Assembly (NCBI GenBank): GCA_040774145.1
Contig: JAXGUU010000002.1
Span: 1-38,449 of the forward strand
Length of the DNA: 38,449 nt
Reading direction: 5' to 3'
From: Anaerolineae bacterium
Lineage (GTDB): Bacteria; Chloroflexota; Anaerolineae; B4-G1; SLSP01
Shown here: one piece after another, positions 25,826-33,899 of the stretch
Position numbering within the stretch: position 1 is the stretch's first letter
Layout: each line of letters starts with the position of its first letter
Notes under the pieces: generated by a model
Database searches by the model: none
The model's input: the letters and a program-made list of their open reading frames with translations, nothing else
What the model was told of the DNA's origin: nothing
Translations under genes and position numbers: made by a program

Positions 25826-27151
25826 TCAGGGTGCAGGCGTGAGCTCCGCGAGGAGCGCTGCTGCCTCATCGGGGGCACCGGAGAGGATCGTCGCGAACAC
25901 CTCGTCGAGTCGAGCCTGTAGGCCGGCGTCACCCGTGTGGCGTCTGCGTGCTTGGAGTAGCTGTAAGGGAAGCCGTAGATCGTCCGCCGTGTAGGGGAAG
26001 GCATCGCCGTTGAACGAGCGGCGCGTCTCCTGCACCACCTCGAGATACCGGGTACCGAACTCCGCGGTCGGCTCGATGATCGTGCCCTCTCCATAATCGT
26101 TCCACGTAATCAGTTGAATCACGTCAGGATCGTGGTCTAGCGCCATGTCCAGCGTCAGCCGGAACGTCTCGCCTTCCCGGTCGTCGAGATAGCCGTACGA
26201 GTTGCCCACCCCCGCCTCGGCGTAGATGTCATGGAAGCCCGGGAAAGCCCCCGCCACGAGGGTGTCCCAGCGCTGCGCCTTCTCGTAGAAGCCCTCCAAG
26301 TAGCCGACGAGCGCCTCTTCGCTAAGCACACCTTGGGTGCTCGCCCACATCGGAGGCCAGGGGAAACTCGTCACCGCCGCGGACTCCGTGTGCCGGTCGA
26401 GGGTGATCAGGGCTGGGCGGTTGTCCGGAACGGAGAAAAGCTGGTCCCAATCCGACGGGTTCTTGTAGTACTGCGGGCCGAAGACGAAGAGCGCCGGTCG
26501 GCCCTCGATCTGCAGATAGGCCTCGTCGTCAAACCAGGTCTCCTGTAGATAACGCATCACCTGCTGCCCATGGGTGTAGACGTCGCCTGCCGCGAGGTGC
26601 CCGTTGTCGACCATATGTCGGACCGTCTGGTCCTCGTAGCAGATAGCAAACTGCAGGCCGGCTTTCTTGACCGCGGCAAAGAGCGCCTGTGTGCTGCGGT
26701 TGATGACCCCGTAATCCCAGAACTCCTCAATGCCGTACCAGTCCACGATGACGCCGTCGATGCCGCTCAGCTTCATCAGGAGCGTCTGGTACTCCAGGAT
26801 GGCCTGGTCGCGCGAGTCATAGGGCCCGGTCAGCGGCGTCTAGTGCGACGCAATATCCGGCATCCCATCCTCACGCACCTGCCTGGGGTCGAAATGCTCC
26901 ATCGTCCAGTGCCACCCCCAAACACCACTGACGTCCGGGGTCTCATACCAGGGCATGAAGTGTACCATCAGGAGCGGTCGCTCCGGCGTGGGGTCAACCG
27001 ACGGGGACATCGTAGGCGTCTGAGTCGCTTCCCCCACAGATGCCTCGGGACTTTCGGGGGCACCGGCGGGCATCAAGGGTGAGCCCCCACACCCGACGAG
27101 CAACACCAGCAACAAACAGCAGGCTCCGCTATACACACCATGCTGGGACAC
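25826..27151 (-). pseudogene. lipoprotein glycoside hydrolase (GH71/GH99-like TIM barrel) interrupted by one in-frame TAG
   Basis: Track ORFs 26840..27151 and 25826..26776 are in the same frame. Reading through gives ...[48 protein letters not shown]... GTG 27151 is preceded by AAGGAGGAGG. The signal peptide has the lipobox [18 protein letters not shown] and ITWNDYGEGTIIEP are the conserved blocks. Confidence 0.75.
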
Positions 27152-27325
27152 GTGCCTCCTCCTTGCCTAGAGCATCGCGCGCACCATGATTCTACCATGA
27201 ACTCCAACGCACCTCGCGCCTTACCCCGCCAGGGCGATCGCATATCACCCTTCGAGCGGCTACGCCGCCTTCACTTCTGCGATCCTTAGGGCCTGCCGCC
27301 GGACCGGCCCGCCCCGAAGACGGCG

Positions 27326-27362
27326 CCCTCGCGGACGAGGCCCTCGCGGACGAGGGGGGGGG
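27326..27362. repeat. two tandem copies of a 15-bp self-complementary unit followed by a G9 homopolymer
   Basis: CCCTCGCGGACGAGG occurs at 27326-27340 and 27341-27355. Each unit is itself a CCTCG-cgga-CGAGG hairpin. A run of nine G (27354-27362) follows, then TGGG. The element lies in the ada / glycosidase intergenic region. Confidence 0.85.
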
Positions 27363-27480
27363 TGGGAAGCATGCGTTGGAAGGCTGGTAGCCCCGTCCTC
27401 GGGGCGTCGGACGCGGTCGCCAGGCTGCCGGCAAGCCACATGCGATAGCCCTGTTACCCCACTGCCGCTACCTGCGGCCC

Positions 27481-28557
27481 CTAGCGCTTCGCCCCCGCAG
27501 CCTCACGCTCCAGGATCGCCCGCTTGCGCTCAAGCCCCCAGCGGTAACCGCCGAGAGCGCCGTCACTGCGCACCACGCGATGGCACGGGATCCCCACCGC
27601 GACCTGGTTCGCGGCGCAGGCTTGCGCGACCGCTCGCGCAGCCTTCGGATGGCCGATCTGCGCGGCGAGCTCGCTATAGCTGACGGTCTCCCCCGGCGGG
27701 ATCTCCTGAAGGGCAGCCCAAACACGCCGTTGAAAGGCCGTACCCTGGACATCAAGAGGTAGTGACATGCCGAGGCTGGGCGCCTCCAGCAGAACGACGA
27801 CCTCGTCCACCACTGCATCGAACGCCGGGCCTCCTGCCTGCAGGTCAGCCTCAGGGAAGTTCTCCTTGAGCTGCCCAAGCAACTCCTCATCCGAGCTGCC
27901 CAGATCCACGCGGCAGACGCCCTGTGACGTCGTCGCGACCAACACACGGCCAAGATAGCATGCTGCTACAGCGTAGGATATCACCATCCCTCGTCCCCCC
28001 TTGCGATAGTCGGACGGCCTCATGCCCAGAGCAGGAGCACCCGATGCGTAGAAGCGACTGAGTGACTCGTAGCCGGCATCAAAAACCGCCGCGGTGATCG
28101 TTTCCCTCTCCTGCACGCCCTCCCGAACCCGGCGTAGACGCTGCTCAAGGCCATATTGCTTCGGCGACACACCGACCAACTCCTTGAACACCCGCTGGAA
28201 ATGATAAGGGCTGTACCCGACCGCATCCGCCAGCTCGCGTAACGAGGGCGCGCGCTCAGCGGACTCGAGGATCCGGCAGGCCCGTAGGACAGCAGGCAGT
28301 GCCGCGTTCGGCACATCGGGCGTCCGCGGCGAGCAGCGCTTGCACGCGCGAAACCCCGCCGACTCCGCCGCTGACCACGATTCGAAGAACCGGACATTCC
28401 CGCGACGGGGCAGGCGTGACGGGCACCCGGGACGGCAATAGATCCCGGTCGTGATCACGCCATAGACAAAGGCGCTGCGGGCATCCGGATCACGTTGGAC
28501 CACGGCTTCCCAACGATCCGCCACCGTCTCATAGCCCCTCGATGCCTTCTCCGCCAT
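27481..28557 (-). CDS. ada: bifunctional Ada: methylphosphotriester-DNA methyltransferase / AraC-type activator / O6-methylguanine-DNA methyltransferase
   Basis: N-terminal Ada zinc domain FVYGVITTGIYCRPGCPS...GFRACKRCSP, a central AraC HTH (LRELADAVGYSPYHFQRVFKELVG), and a C-terminal MGMT with the active site IPCHRVV. The start is moved to ATG 28557, which has GGAGGG 5 nt upstream. Confidence 0.92.
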   Translation of the reverse strand: MAEKASRGYETVADRWEAVVQRDPDARSAFVYGVITTGIYCRPGCPSRLPRRGNVRFFESWSAAESAGFRACKRCSPRTPDVPNAALPAVLRACRILESAERAPSLRELADAVGYSPYHFQRVFKELVGVSPKQYGLEQRLRRVREGVQERETITAAVFDAGYESLSRFYASGAPALGMRPSDYRKGGRGMVISYAVAACYLGRVLVATTSQGVCRVDLGSSDEELLGQLKENFPEADLQAGGPAFDAVVDEVVVLLEAPSLGMSLPLDVQGTAFQRRVWAALQEIPPGETVSYSELAAQIGHPKAARAVAQACAANQVAVGIPCHRVVRSDGALGGYRWGLERKRAILEREAAGAKR

Positions 28558-28737
28558 GGGTTCCCTCCAAGCCACAGACTTACCACAACGCCTTCCAGTA
28601 TAACGGCTGTCGTCCCGGAGGCATACCCGTTTCTTGCGCTCCAATTCCAGCAAACAGCCCGGCACACACGTGTGTCGGACTGTTTGAGCTGCAGCTGTCA
28701 GCTCACATCAACTTCATCTGAGACGTTACTCAGAGGG

Positions 28738-28968
28738 TCACCTCATCACACAGGCGGGTGAGCGGCTCCAGAAGAGAGCACAGCTCTCGCGCAGCGGATC
28801 CGTAACAACGGCCAGCAGACGATCGACACGCGCCAGAAGCCGACCGCCCATGGCGGGCCGGATAGGCTTGGCTCGGCTGATCAAGCGAGCAAGCTCACCG
28901 TGTCGCAGCGTATCGTTGGTTCTATTTTCGGCCATTCGTGCTGCTGCATAGGTATATGGAGGTATCAT
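28738..28968 (-). CDS. hypothetical small protein (weak call)
   Basis: 76-aa ORF upstream of ada on the same strand. It has only a weak SD (AAAGGGA) and no recognisable motif. Confidence 0.2.
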   Translation of the reverse strand: MIPPYTYAAARMAENRTNDTLRHGELARLISRAKPIRPAMGGRLLARVDRLLAVVTDPLRESCALFWSRSPACVMR

Positions 28969-29243
28969 CGGTATCCCTTTCTGGTGCTTCGGATGTCACG
29001 ATCGGACTCACAAGCACGATGACAATGATACGGGAGAGATGAAACGTCTGATGTCTTCATCCATATCCTATCCCAAGGGCGCGTCGCCGTCATCAGCCGA
29101 AGCTCGGAATCGCTTTACGCAGAAAGGACGATGTTTCCAGGGGACGGTGTCGACACGGCACGTAGGCCTCTACAACAAAACGCGTAGGCCACAGGTGCAG
29201 CCGGGCGCTGCACCGAGGCTCTGTAACGGGGATGGGCTTTCGC

Positions 29244-29954
29244 TTATCTGTCGCTTAGTGACGCCAGACCCTCGCGCAGGGCATAGAGGGCGGCCTGCGT
29301 GCGGCTGGCAAGGTGAAGCTTCGTCAAGATGTTGCTGACGTGTGTGCGCACGGTGGCTTCGCTGATCCGCAGCGCCTCTGCAATCTCCTGGTTGCTCTTC
29401 CCCTTGGCAACAACCTGGAGGACCTCGACTTCGCGCTCCGTCAACGGGTCCTCGGTCGGGGGGCGGTCCGAGGGGCGTGACAGCTCCTGAAGCACCTTAC
29501 GGGCAATGGTGGGCGAGAGTGACGACTCGCCGCGGCAAACCTGGCAAATCGCCTGGACCAGAGCCTCGGGTCCCGTATCCTTCAGCAAATAGCCCGAGGC
29601 GCCGGCCTTGATCGCCGGGAAGACTTTGTCATCGGCGGCGAAGCTCGTCAGCACCAGGATCCGTGCCCGCGCGTCCCGAGCCCTGAGCCGGCGCGTGACC
29701 TCGATACCGTCCATCCTGGGCATAAGTAGATCCAGCAAGACAACGTCAGGATTCAGGGCCTCGATCTTCTCCAGGGCCTCCTGCCCGTCCTGCGCCTCGC
29801 CGATCACCTCAAACCCCTCTTCGGTCTCTAGAAGCGCACGAATACCCCGGCGAACAATGGCGTGATCGTCGACGATCAGCACACGAATCGCTTCATCGGT
29901 CGTCCCCGCTCGTCGGCCGTCGTCTCTCTCCACGATCCGGCTCCCCAGGTTCAT
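29244..29954 (-). CDS. NarL/FixJ-family response regulator (REC + LuxR-type HTH)
   Basis: REC signature IRVLIVDDH...DVVLLDLLMPRMDG...LTSF...KAGASGYLLKD. LuxR HTH signature LTEREVEVLQVVAKGKSNQEIAEALRISEATVRTHVSNILTKL. Its start overlaps the kinase stop (ATGA). Confidence 0.93.
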   Translation of the reverse strand: MNLGSRIVERDDGRRAGTTDEAIRVLIVDDHAIVRRGIRALLETEEGFEVIGEAQDGQEALEKIEALNPDVVLLDLLMPRMDGIEVTRRLRARDARARILVLTSFAADDKVFPAIKAGASGYLLKDTGPEALVQAICQVCRGESSLSPTIARKVLQELSRPSDRPPTEDPLTEREVEVLQVVAKGKSNQEIAEALRISEATVRTHVSNILTKLHLASRTQAALYALREGLASLSDR

Positions 29955-32491
29955 CGAGCCACCGCCACTCTGACCCGGGTTCCGGGCCCGGGCTCGCTAT
30001 CCAACACTAACTCGCCCCCGATCTGTGCCGCCCGCTCGGTCATGCCCTCAAGACCCAACCCACCGCCCTCCTTCGCGGCGTCGGCCTCGAAGCCGACGCC
30101 ATCGTCAACGATCTCCAGCACCACGGCGTCCTGCCAGATGGTCAGGCTCACGCTGATATTCTGTGCGGCGGCGTGCTTGAGCGCGTTATTCAGCACCTCA
30201 CGGGCAATCCGGTAAAGGCCCTCCTCGATCATCGGACAGATCTCTCCCGCACCCTCCACTTGGAAGCTGACCCCCATGCCCGCTCGCTCCTCGACGGCCT
30301 CGAGACGCGTCCGCAAGGCCACCAGCAGCCCCTCATTCTCCAGCACCGAGGGACGCAGCTCGAAGATAAGCAGGCGCATCTCGCGCAGGGCCTCACGCGA
30401 CGTGTCGCGCACATCATACATATACGCCTTAGCCGCATCAGCCATCCCTGCATCCAGACGGCGTGCCGCAGCCTCCGCGTAGAGGGAGACGCCATAGAGC
30501 GCCTGGGTGACCGAGTCGTGGAGCTCACGGGCCAACCGTTGCCGCTCCTCGATCACGGCTAACCGACGTGCCTGCTCGTAAAGCCGTGCGTTCTCGATGG
30601 CGATAGCTGCCTGATGCGCCAGCGATTGGAGGACCAAGAGGTCGCTCTCGTCGAAGGCGTTAAGCTGATCGCTCTGGACGTCGAGCACGCCGATGACGTC
30701 GCCCTTGACTTTCAGAGGCACAATCAGCTCCGAACGCGTTTCAGCGGGGCTCATCCACACATAACGCGGATCCTCGCGAACGTCGGGAACGAGCAGGGGC
30801 TCGCCCGTCGCCGCCACCCAGCCGGTGAGGCCCTCCCTGCCCATCACAAAGCGAGCGGGCGCGAACCGGAACTCCAGCTTGTCCCAAAGCTCTCCGGCAC
30901 CGACACGGTAGGCGACCTCATCACCCTCAACAAGGCCGATCCCGACGTGGTAGTAGCCAAAGGTCTGTTGGATGAGCCTTACAACCTGGTTGAGCAGCTC
31001 ATCCACCGCCAAGATGGACGTGATATGGCTGCCGACCTCGCTAATGACACGGAACTGCTCGGCCCGCCGCTGCTCGGCCTCAAAGAGCTGGGCGTTCACG
31101 ATCGCCGAGCCTGCTTGGTCGGCAAGGGCCTGCAGGACCGCTAGGTCACTTTCGTCGAAAGCGTCAAACACCACGCATTGGATGTTGAGAACACCGATGA
31201 CCTCATCCTTGGTCTTGATCGGCACGGCCAGTTCTGAGCAGGTAGCGGTGTTCAGAGCCCCGGTGAAAGACCGCTCCCGGTGCACATCGGGTATCAGAAT
31301 CGGTATCCCCGTGGCAACCACCTCACCCGCGATGCCCTCCTGGCCCACGCGGATTCGATAGCTCTGGAAGGGTTGGCGCCCGTCACCGTCTGTCTCGCGT
31401 CCCGCACCCGCCCTGAAGACCAGCTCCTCGCCTTCGACCAAGCCGATCTCAACGACGTCATAGCCGAAGCCCTCACGGATAAGGATGACCATCTGATGGA
31501 GGAGCTCGTCCGTCGACAGGATTGACGTCGTGCGGCGTCCGACTTCGCTAAGCACTCGGAACTGCTCAGCACGGCGTTGTTCACCCTCAAAGAGCCGCGC
31601 GTTCTGAACCGCCACACCGATCTGGTCGCCGATAGAGGCCAGCAGCTGGACCTCGCGCCGGCTGAATTCACGGAGGTGGCGCGTGCTCATAAAGAGCGTC
31701 CCGCTGATCCTGCCTTTGGCCCCAACGGGTACAATGGCAAATGAGCGGAAACCCTCCTGTTCGACGGCGATCCGGGTGAGCCGCCCGTCCTCTGAGACAT
31801 CCGGCACAACCAGGGGCTCACCGGATGCCGCGACATACCCCGAAAACCCCTCGCCCACCTCAAGCCGATCGATCTCAGCCACCAGCTCGGGGCTCAGTCC
31901 TTGGTGGGCCGCGATGGTGAGCACGCCGGCACTCGGATCGAGTAGGTAAATGCCACCGGCCTCGCAGTTCATCAGTTGGAGCGTCTTCTCCAGCGCATCG
32001 GCAAGCAGCTGGTCGAGGTTCAGCGACCGGCTCACCACAGCAGCGATGGCATTCACGGCAGCCAGCTCACGGGTGCGCTGCGCGACCTGTCGCGCCAAGG
32101 CATGACTGCGCGCCTCGATGGCCCGGATCCGCAGCCAATAGACGGCTACAGCAACGCCCAGAATAAGCAGCACCACGATCCCCCGGAACCACCAGGTGGC
32201 CCAGAAGACCTGCACGATGGCTACAGCGACGCCTGTATCGCTCCATACGACATCGTCAAGGAGGAGGCTGCCCACGCGGTGGATGTAGCGGTTCAGCGGC
32301 AGGCTATACCGGGTGAAGCCGAGGCTGTGAGGGTCCCCGGATGAGGGTGCGGACTGGGACGAGGCATTCAGCGGGGTGACGCGGCAGATAGCCACCAGCA
32401 GCACCAGACCAGCCGCGAGAGCTGCGCACGTGCCGCGTCGCGCGAGCCGGATGATCCGGTTCCTCAACGCCACGTATCCCCCTCTCTCCAA
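29951..32491 (-). CDS. membrane sensor histidine kinase: 2 TM + three GAF domains + HisKA_3 + HATPase_c
   Basis: TM segments AALAAGLVLLVAI and FRGIVVLLILGVAVAVYWL. Three GAF-like modules are joined by near-identical linkers. The H-box is ERQRLARELHDSVTQAL (HisKA_3/NarX type). The N-box is EVLNNALKHA and the G-boxes are DDGVGF...GLGLEGM. The track start is TTG 32491. GTG 32473, which follows GGGGGA, is an alternative. Confidence 0.9.
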   Translation of the reverse strand: MERGGYVALRNRIIRLARRGTCAALAAGLVLLVAICRVTPLNASSQSAPSSGDPHSLGFTRYSLPLNRYIHRVGSLLLDDVVWSDTGVAVAIVQVFWATWWFRGIVVLLILGVAVAVYWLRIRAIEARSHALARQVAQRTRELAAVNAIAAVVSRSLNLDQLLADALEKTLQLMNCEAGGIYLLDPSAGVLTIAAHQGLSPELVAEIDRLEVGEGFSGYVAASGEPLVVPDVSEDGRLTRIAVEQEGFRSFAIVPVGAKGRISGTLFMSTRHLREFSRREVQLLASIGDQIGVAVQNARLFEGEQRRAEQFRVLSEVGRRTTSILSTDELLHQMVILIREGFGYDVVEIGLVEGEELVFRAGAGRETDGDGRQPFQSYRIRVGQEGIAGEVVATGIPILIPDVHRERSFTGALNTATCSELAVPIKTKDEVIGVLNIQCVVFDAFDESDLAVLQALADQAGSAIVNAQLFEAEQRRAEQFRVISEVGSHITSILAVDELLNQVVRLIQQTFGYYHVGIGLVEGDEVAYRVGAGELWDKLEFRFAPARFVMGREGLTGWVAATGEPLLVPDVREDPRYVWMSPAETRSELIVPLKVKGDVIGVLDVQSDQLNAFDESDLLVLQSLAHQAAIAIENARLYEQARRLAVIEERQRLARELHDSVTQALYGVSLYAEAAARRLDAGMADAAKAYMYDVRDTSREALREMRLLIFELRPSVLENEGLLVALRTRLEAVEERAGMGVSFQVEGAGEICPMIEEGLYRIAREVLNNALKHAAAQNISVSLTIWQDAVVLEIVDDGVGFEADAAKEGGGLGLEGMTERAAQIGGELVLDSEPGPGTRVRVAVAR

Positions 32492-32631
32492 CAGTAAGTG
32501 GAGCCGTCCACACTATTTAGGGCTCAACGACAACCCCCATGATACCGCGCACGACCTCAAGAAGCAATCCCAGTTCTCATCAGACACGATAACTTCGGCT
32601 CAGATCTCGGGGAATCACGCTCGATATAGCA

Positions 32632-32663
32632 CATCGCCCGACACGTGGGGGTGCCGGGCGATG
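32632..32663 (-). terminator. 9-bp GC hairpin between heliorhodopsin and the kinase gene
   Basis: The minus strand reads CATCGCCCG-(14 nt)-CGGGCGATG, beginning about 30 nt after the heliorhodopsin stop. No T tract follows, so a terminator function is uncertain. Confidence 0.3.
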
Positions 32664-32693
32664 CGGGTCAGATTTCGTTGTGCGCGGGCACGA

Positions 32694-33476
32694 TCATACG
32701 GGCGCGAGGGTCCCCGCGAAGATCAGCCAGGCCAGGACTGTTTTAGCCGTCAGGCTCAGGACGATATACGCCCGCTCGCCGAACAGGTAGTCCTTCCAAC
32801 GCCCTACTTTCTTGTACTGCAGCACCATGTTTACCGCGAAGGCGTTGAAGAAGACAAAGAGCGTGGGGATGATCGTGTAGACGAAGGCCGGCGGCTTGGC
32901 GTCCCCGGAGGAGAGCGCGCTGAAGAAGTAGAGCACGATCACGATCCAGGGGATGATCCCGGCGATGCTGCCGTAGATGAAGGCCGTCCAGTCCGTCCGC
33001 TTGGTCGCCTGGTTGTGCAGCTCCATCATGATCCCGAAGAGGTTCATCATCGCGTTGAGGCCAAACATCAGGATCATGCTTCCGAGATCCCAGATGCCGG
33101 TCAGCATGCCGATCAGCACGATCATCAACGACGAACTCAGGGCATACTCGTAGAAGCGTACCGGGTTCATGTTCTTCTTAAGGTCTGAGACATATCGACG
33201 ATATCCCACCGTGGAGAGGTAGAAGTGGGCGACCGCCGAAATCAAGAGGAAGAGCGCCACTGCCGGTCCGAAGCGCAGCTCGTAGAGGAGCTGGGGATCG
33301 GGCACCAGCGAGAAGGTCTCACGGTCAAACCTCAGGAAGTTCGTGAAAATCGGATAGGTCGTGTCATTGCTGAGCACGATCATCAGGATGCCCTGGATCA
33401 GGTGCAGGAAACCCATGACAACGTTGAACTTTCGCAACCCGGCAAACGTTTGCTCAGACACCTTGGCCTGTTTCAT
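32694..33476 (-). CDS. heliorhodopsin (7-TM retinal protein, inverted topology family)
   Basis: The 260-aa product aligns by eye along its whole length with heliorhodopsin 48C12 as I remember it. RKFNVVMGFLHLIQG compares with QNFNRIAGVFHLLQ. AVAHFYLS has the second conserved His. NPVRFYEYALSSSLMIVLIGMLTGIWD compares with NIFRWVEYSLSSSVMIVLIAQICGIAD and includes the counter-ion Glu. GSIAGIIPWIVIVLY and FFNAFAV also match. GERAYIVLSLTAKTVLAWLIFAGTLAPV compares with GERAYIVLSLVAKSALAWQIFSGTLIPA and carries the Schiff-base Lys. The start is set to ATG 33476 (AAGGAG 8 nt upstream), because the track start at 33536 lies inside the -35 of the predicted promoter. Confidence 0.9.
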   Translation of the reverse strand: MKQAKVSEQTFAGLRKFNVVMGFLHLIQGILMIVLSNDTTYPIFTNFLRFDRETFSLVPDPQLLYELRFGPAVALFLLISAVAHFYLSTVGYRRYVSDLKKNMNPVRFYEYALSSSLMIVLIGMLTGIWDLGSMILMFGLNAMMNLFGIMMELHNQATKRTDWTAFIYGSIAGIIPWIVIVLYFFSALSSGDAKPPAFVYTIIPTLFVFFNAFAVNMVLQYKKVGRWKDYLFGERAYIVLSLTAKTVLAWLIFAGTLAPV

Positions 33477-33504
33477 CTCTCGACTCCTTATCACTGAATA
33501 TGCT

Positions 33505-33536
33505 GTCATTGTAGCACAATGACCAATATTTGTCAA
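33505..33536 (-). promoter_or_regulatory. heliorhodopsin promoter overlapped by a 19-bp palindrome (operator candidate)
   Basis: Minus strand: TTGACA (33536-33531), a 17-nt spacer, then TACAAT (33513-33508). The perfect inverted repeat GTCATTGT-AGC-ACAATGAC (33505-33523) covers the -10 and half of the spacer. Confidence 0.55.
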
Positions 33537-33623
33537 TATATTGAAGAGTTAATCTTTGCCACTCCCGGCTTTCGAACGGGTGGTCCCCACCGTGTCAGCG
33601 ATCTGGCGGGAACTCGCGACCGT

Positions 33624-33651
33624 TTGACATTCCGGCGACCGGTTTCATACT
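33624..33651 (+). promoter_or_regulatory. candidate promoter of the ABC-exporter operon
   Basis: TTGACA (33624-33629), a 16-nt spacer, then CATACT (33646-33651). This would give a leader of about 265 nt. Confidence 0.3.
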
Positions 33652-33784
33652 GAGGAGGTAACTCTGGAGGACTCTATTTCGATGGTGAGCGACAACCACT
33701 CCCGGCACTAAGGCCTAACCGGCAGGACCCACATTCGTGTGGGGCGCTGCGCTTGGGTGCTCCTCCATGGGAGGAGCTGTAGTG

Positions 33785-33829
33785 ATGCGTCAGGTGCCGT
33801 TGGAGAATGTTGTCGCAGTGCGTCTATAG
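33785..33829 (+). other. candidate 14-codon leader ORF (MRQVPLENVVAVRL) in the ABC leader
   Basis: The ATG has GGAGGAG 8 nt upstream. That SD is the 3' arm of a perfect hairpin GCTCCTCC-ATG-GGAGGAGC (33759-33777). The stop lies about 30 nt before the terminator stem. A second mini-ORF, MVSDNHSRH (33683-33712), lies upstream behind GGAGGA. Confidence 0.25.
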
Positions 33830-33860
33830 GGACTTCGTGTCCTACCCGTGAGAAGCTTGA

Positions 33861-33899
33861 GGCCGTGGACGTCTGTGACGTCCGCGGCCTTTTCTTTTT
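33861..33899 (+). terminator. intrinsic terminator inside the 5' leader of the ABC operon (attenuator)
   Basis: GGCCGTGGACGTC-TGT-GACGTCCGCGGCC is a 13-bp stem with one G-U pair, followed directly by TTTTCTTTTT. It ends 23 nt before the ABC start codon. No upstream plus-strand gene exists for it to terminate. Confidence 0.6.

Noticed and set aside
26840-26842. In-frame TAG as programmed recoding (pyrrolysine or read-through)
   Set aside because: No pyl genes or recoding signals are visible, and bacteria of this type are not known to decode UAG. A nonsense mutation or sequencing error is the simpler explanation.
223-27362. Possibility of a CRISPR array among the repeats seen
   Set aside because: The only tandem repeats are 3 x 18 bp (coding) and 2 x 15 bp (no spacers). 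Neither has repeat-spacer architecture, and no cas genes are present.
27192-27434. 80-aa minus-strand ORF in the ada/glycosidase spacer
   Set aside because: It is a Pro/Arg/Ala/Ser low-complexity translation of the tandem repeat and homopolymer region. It has no SD, so it is more likely non-coding.
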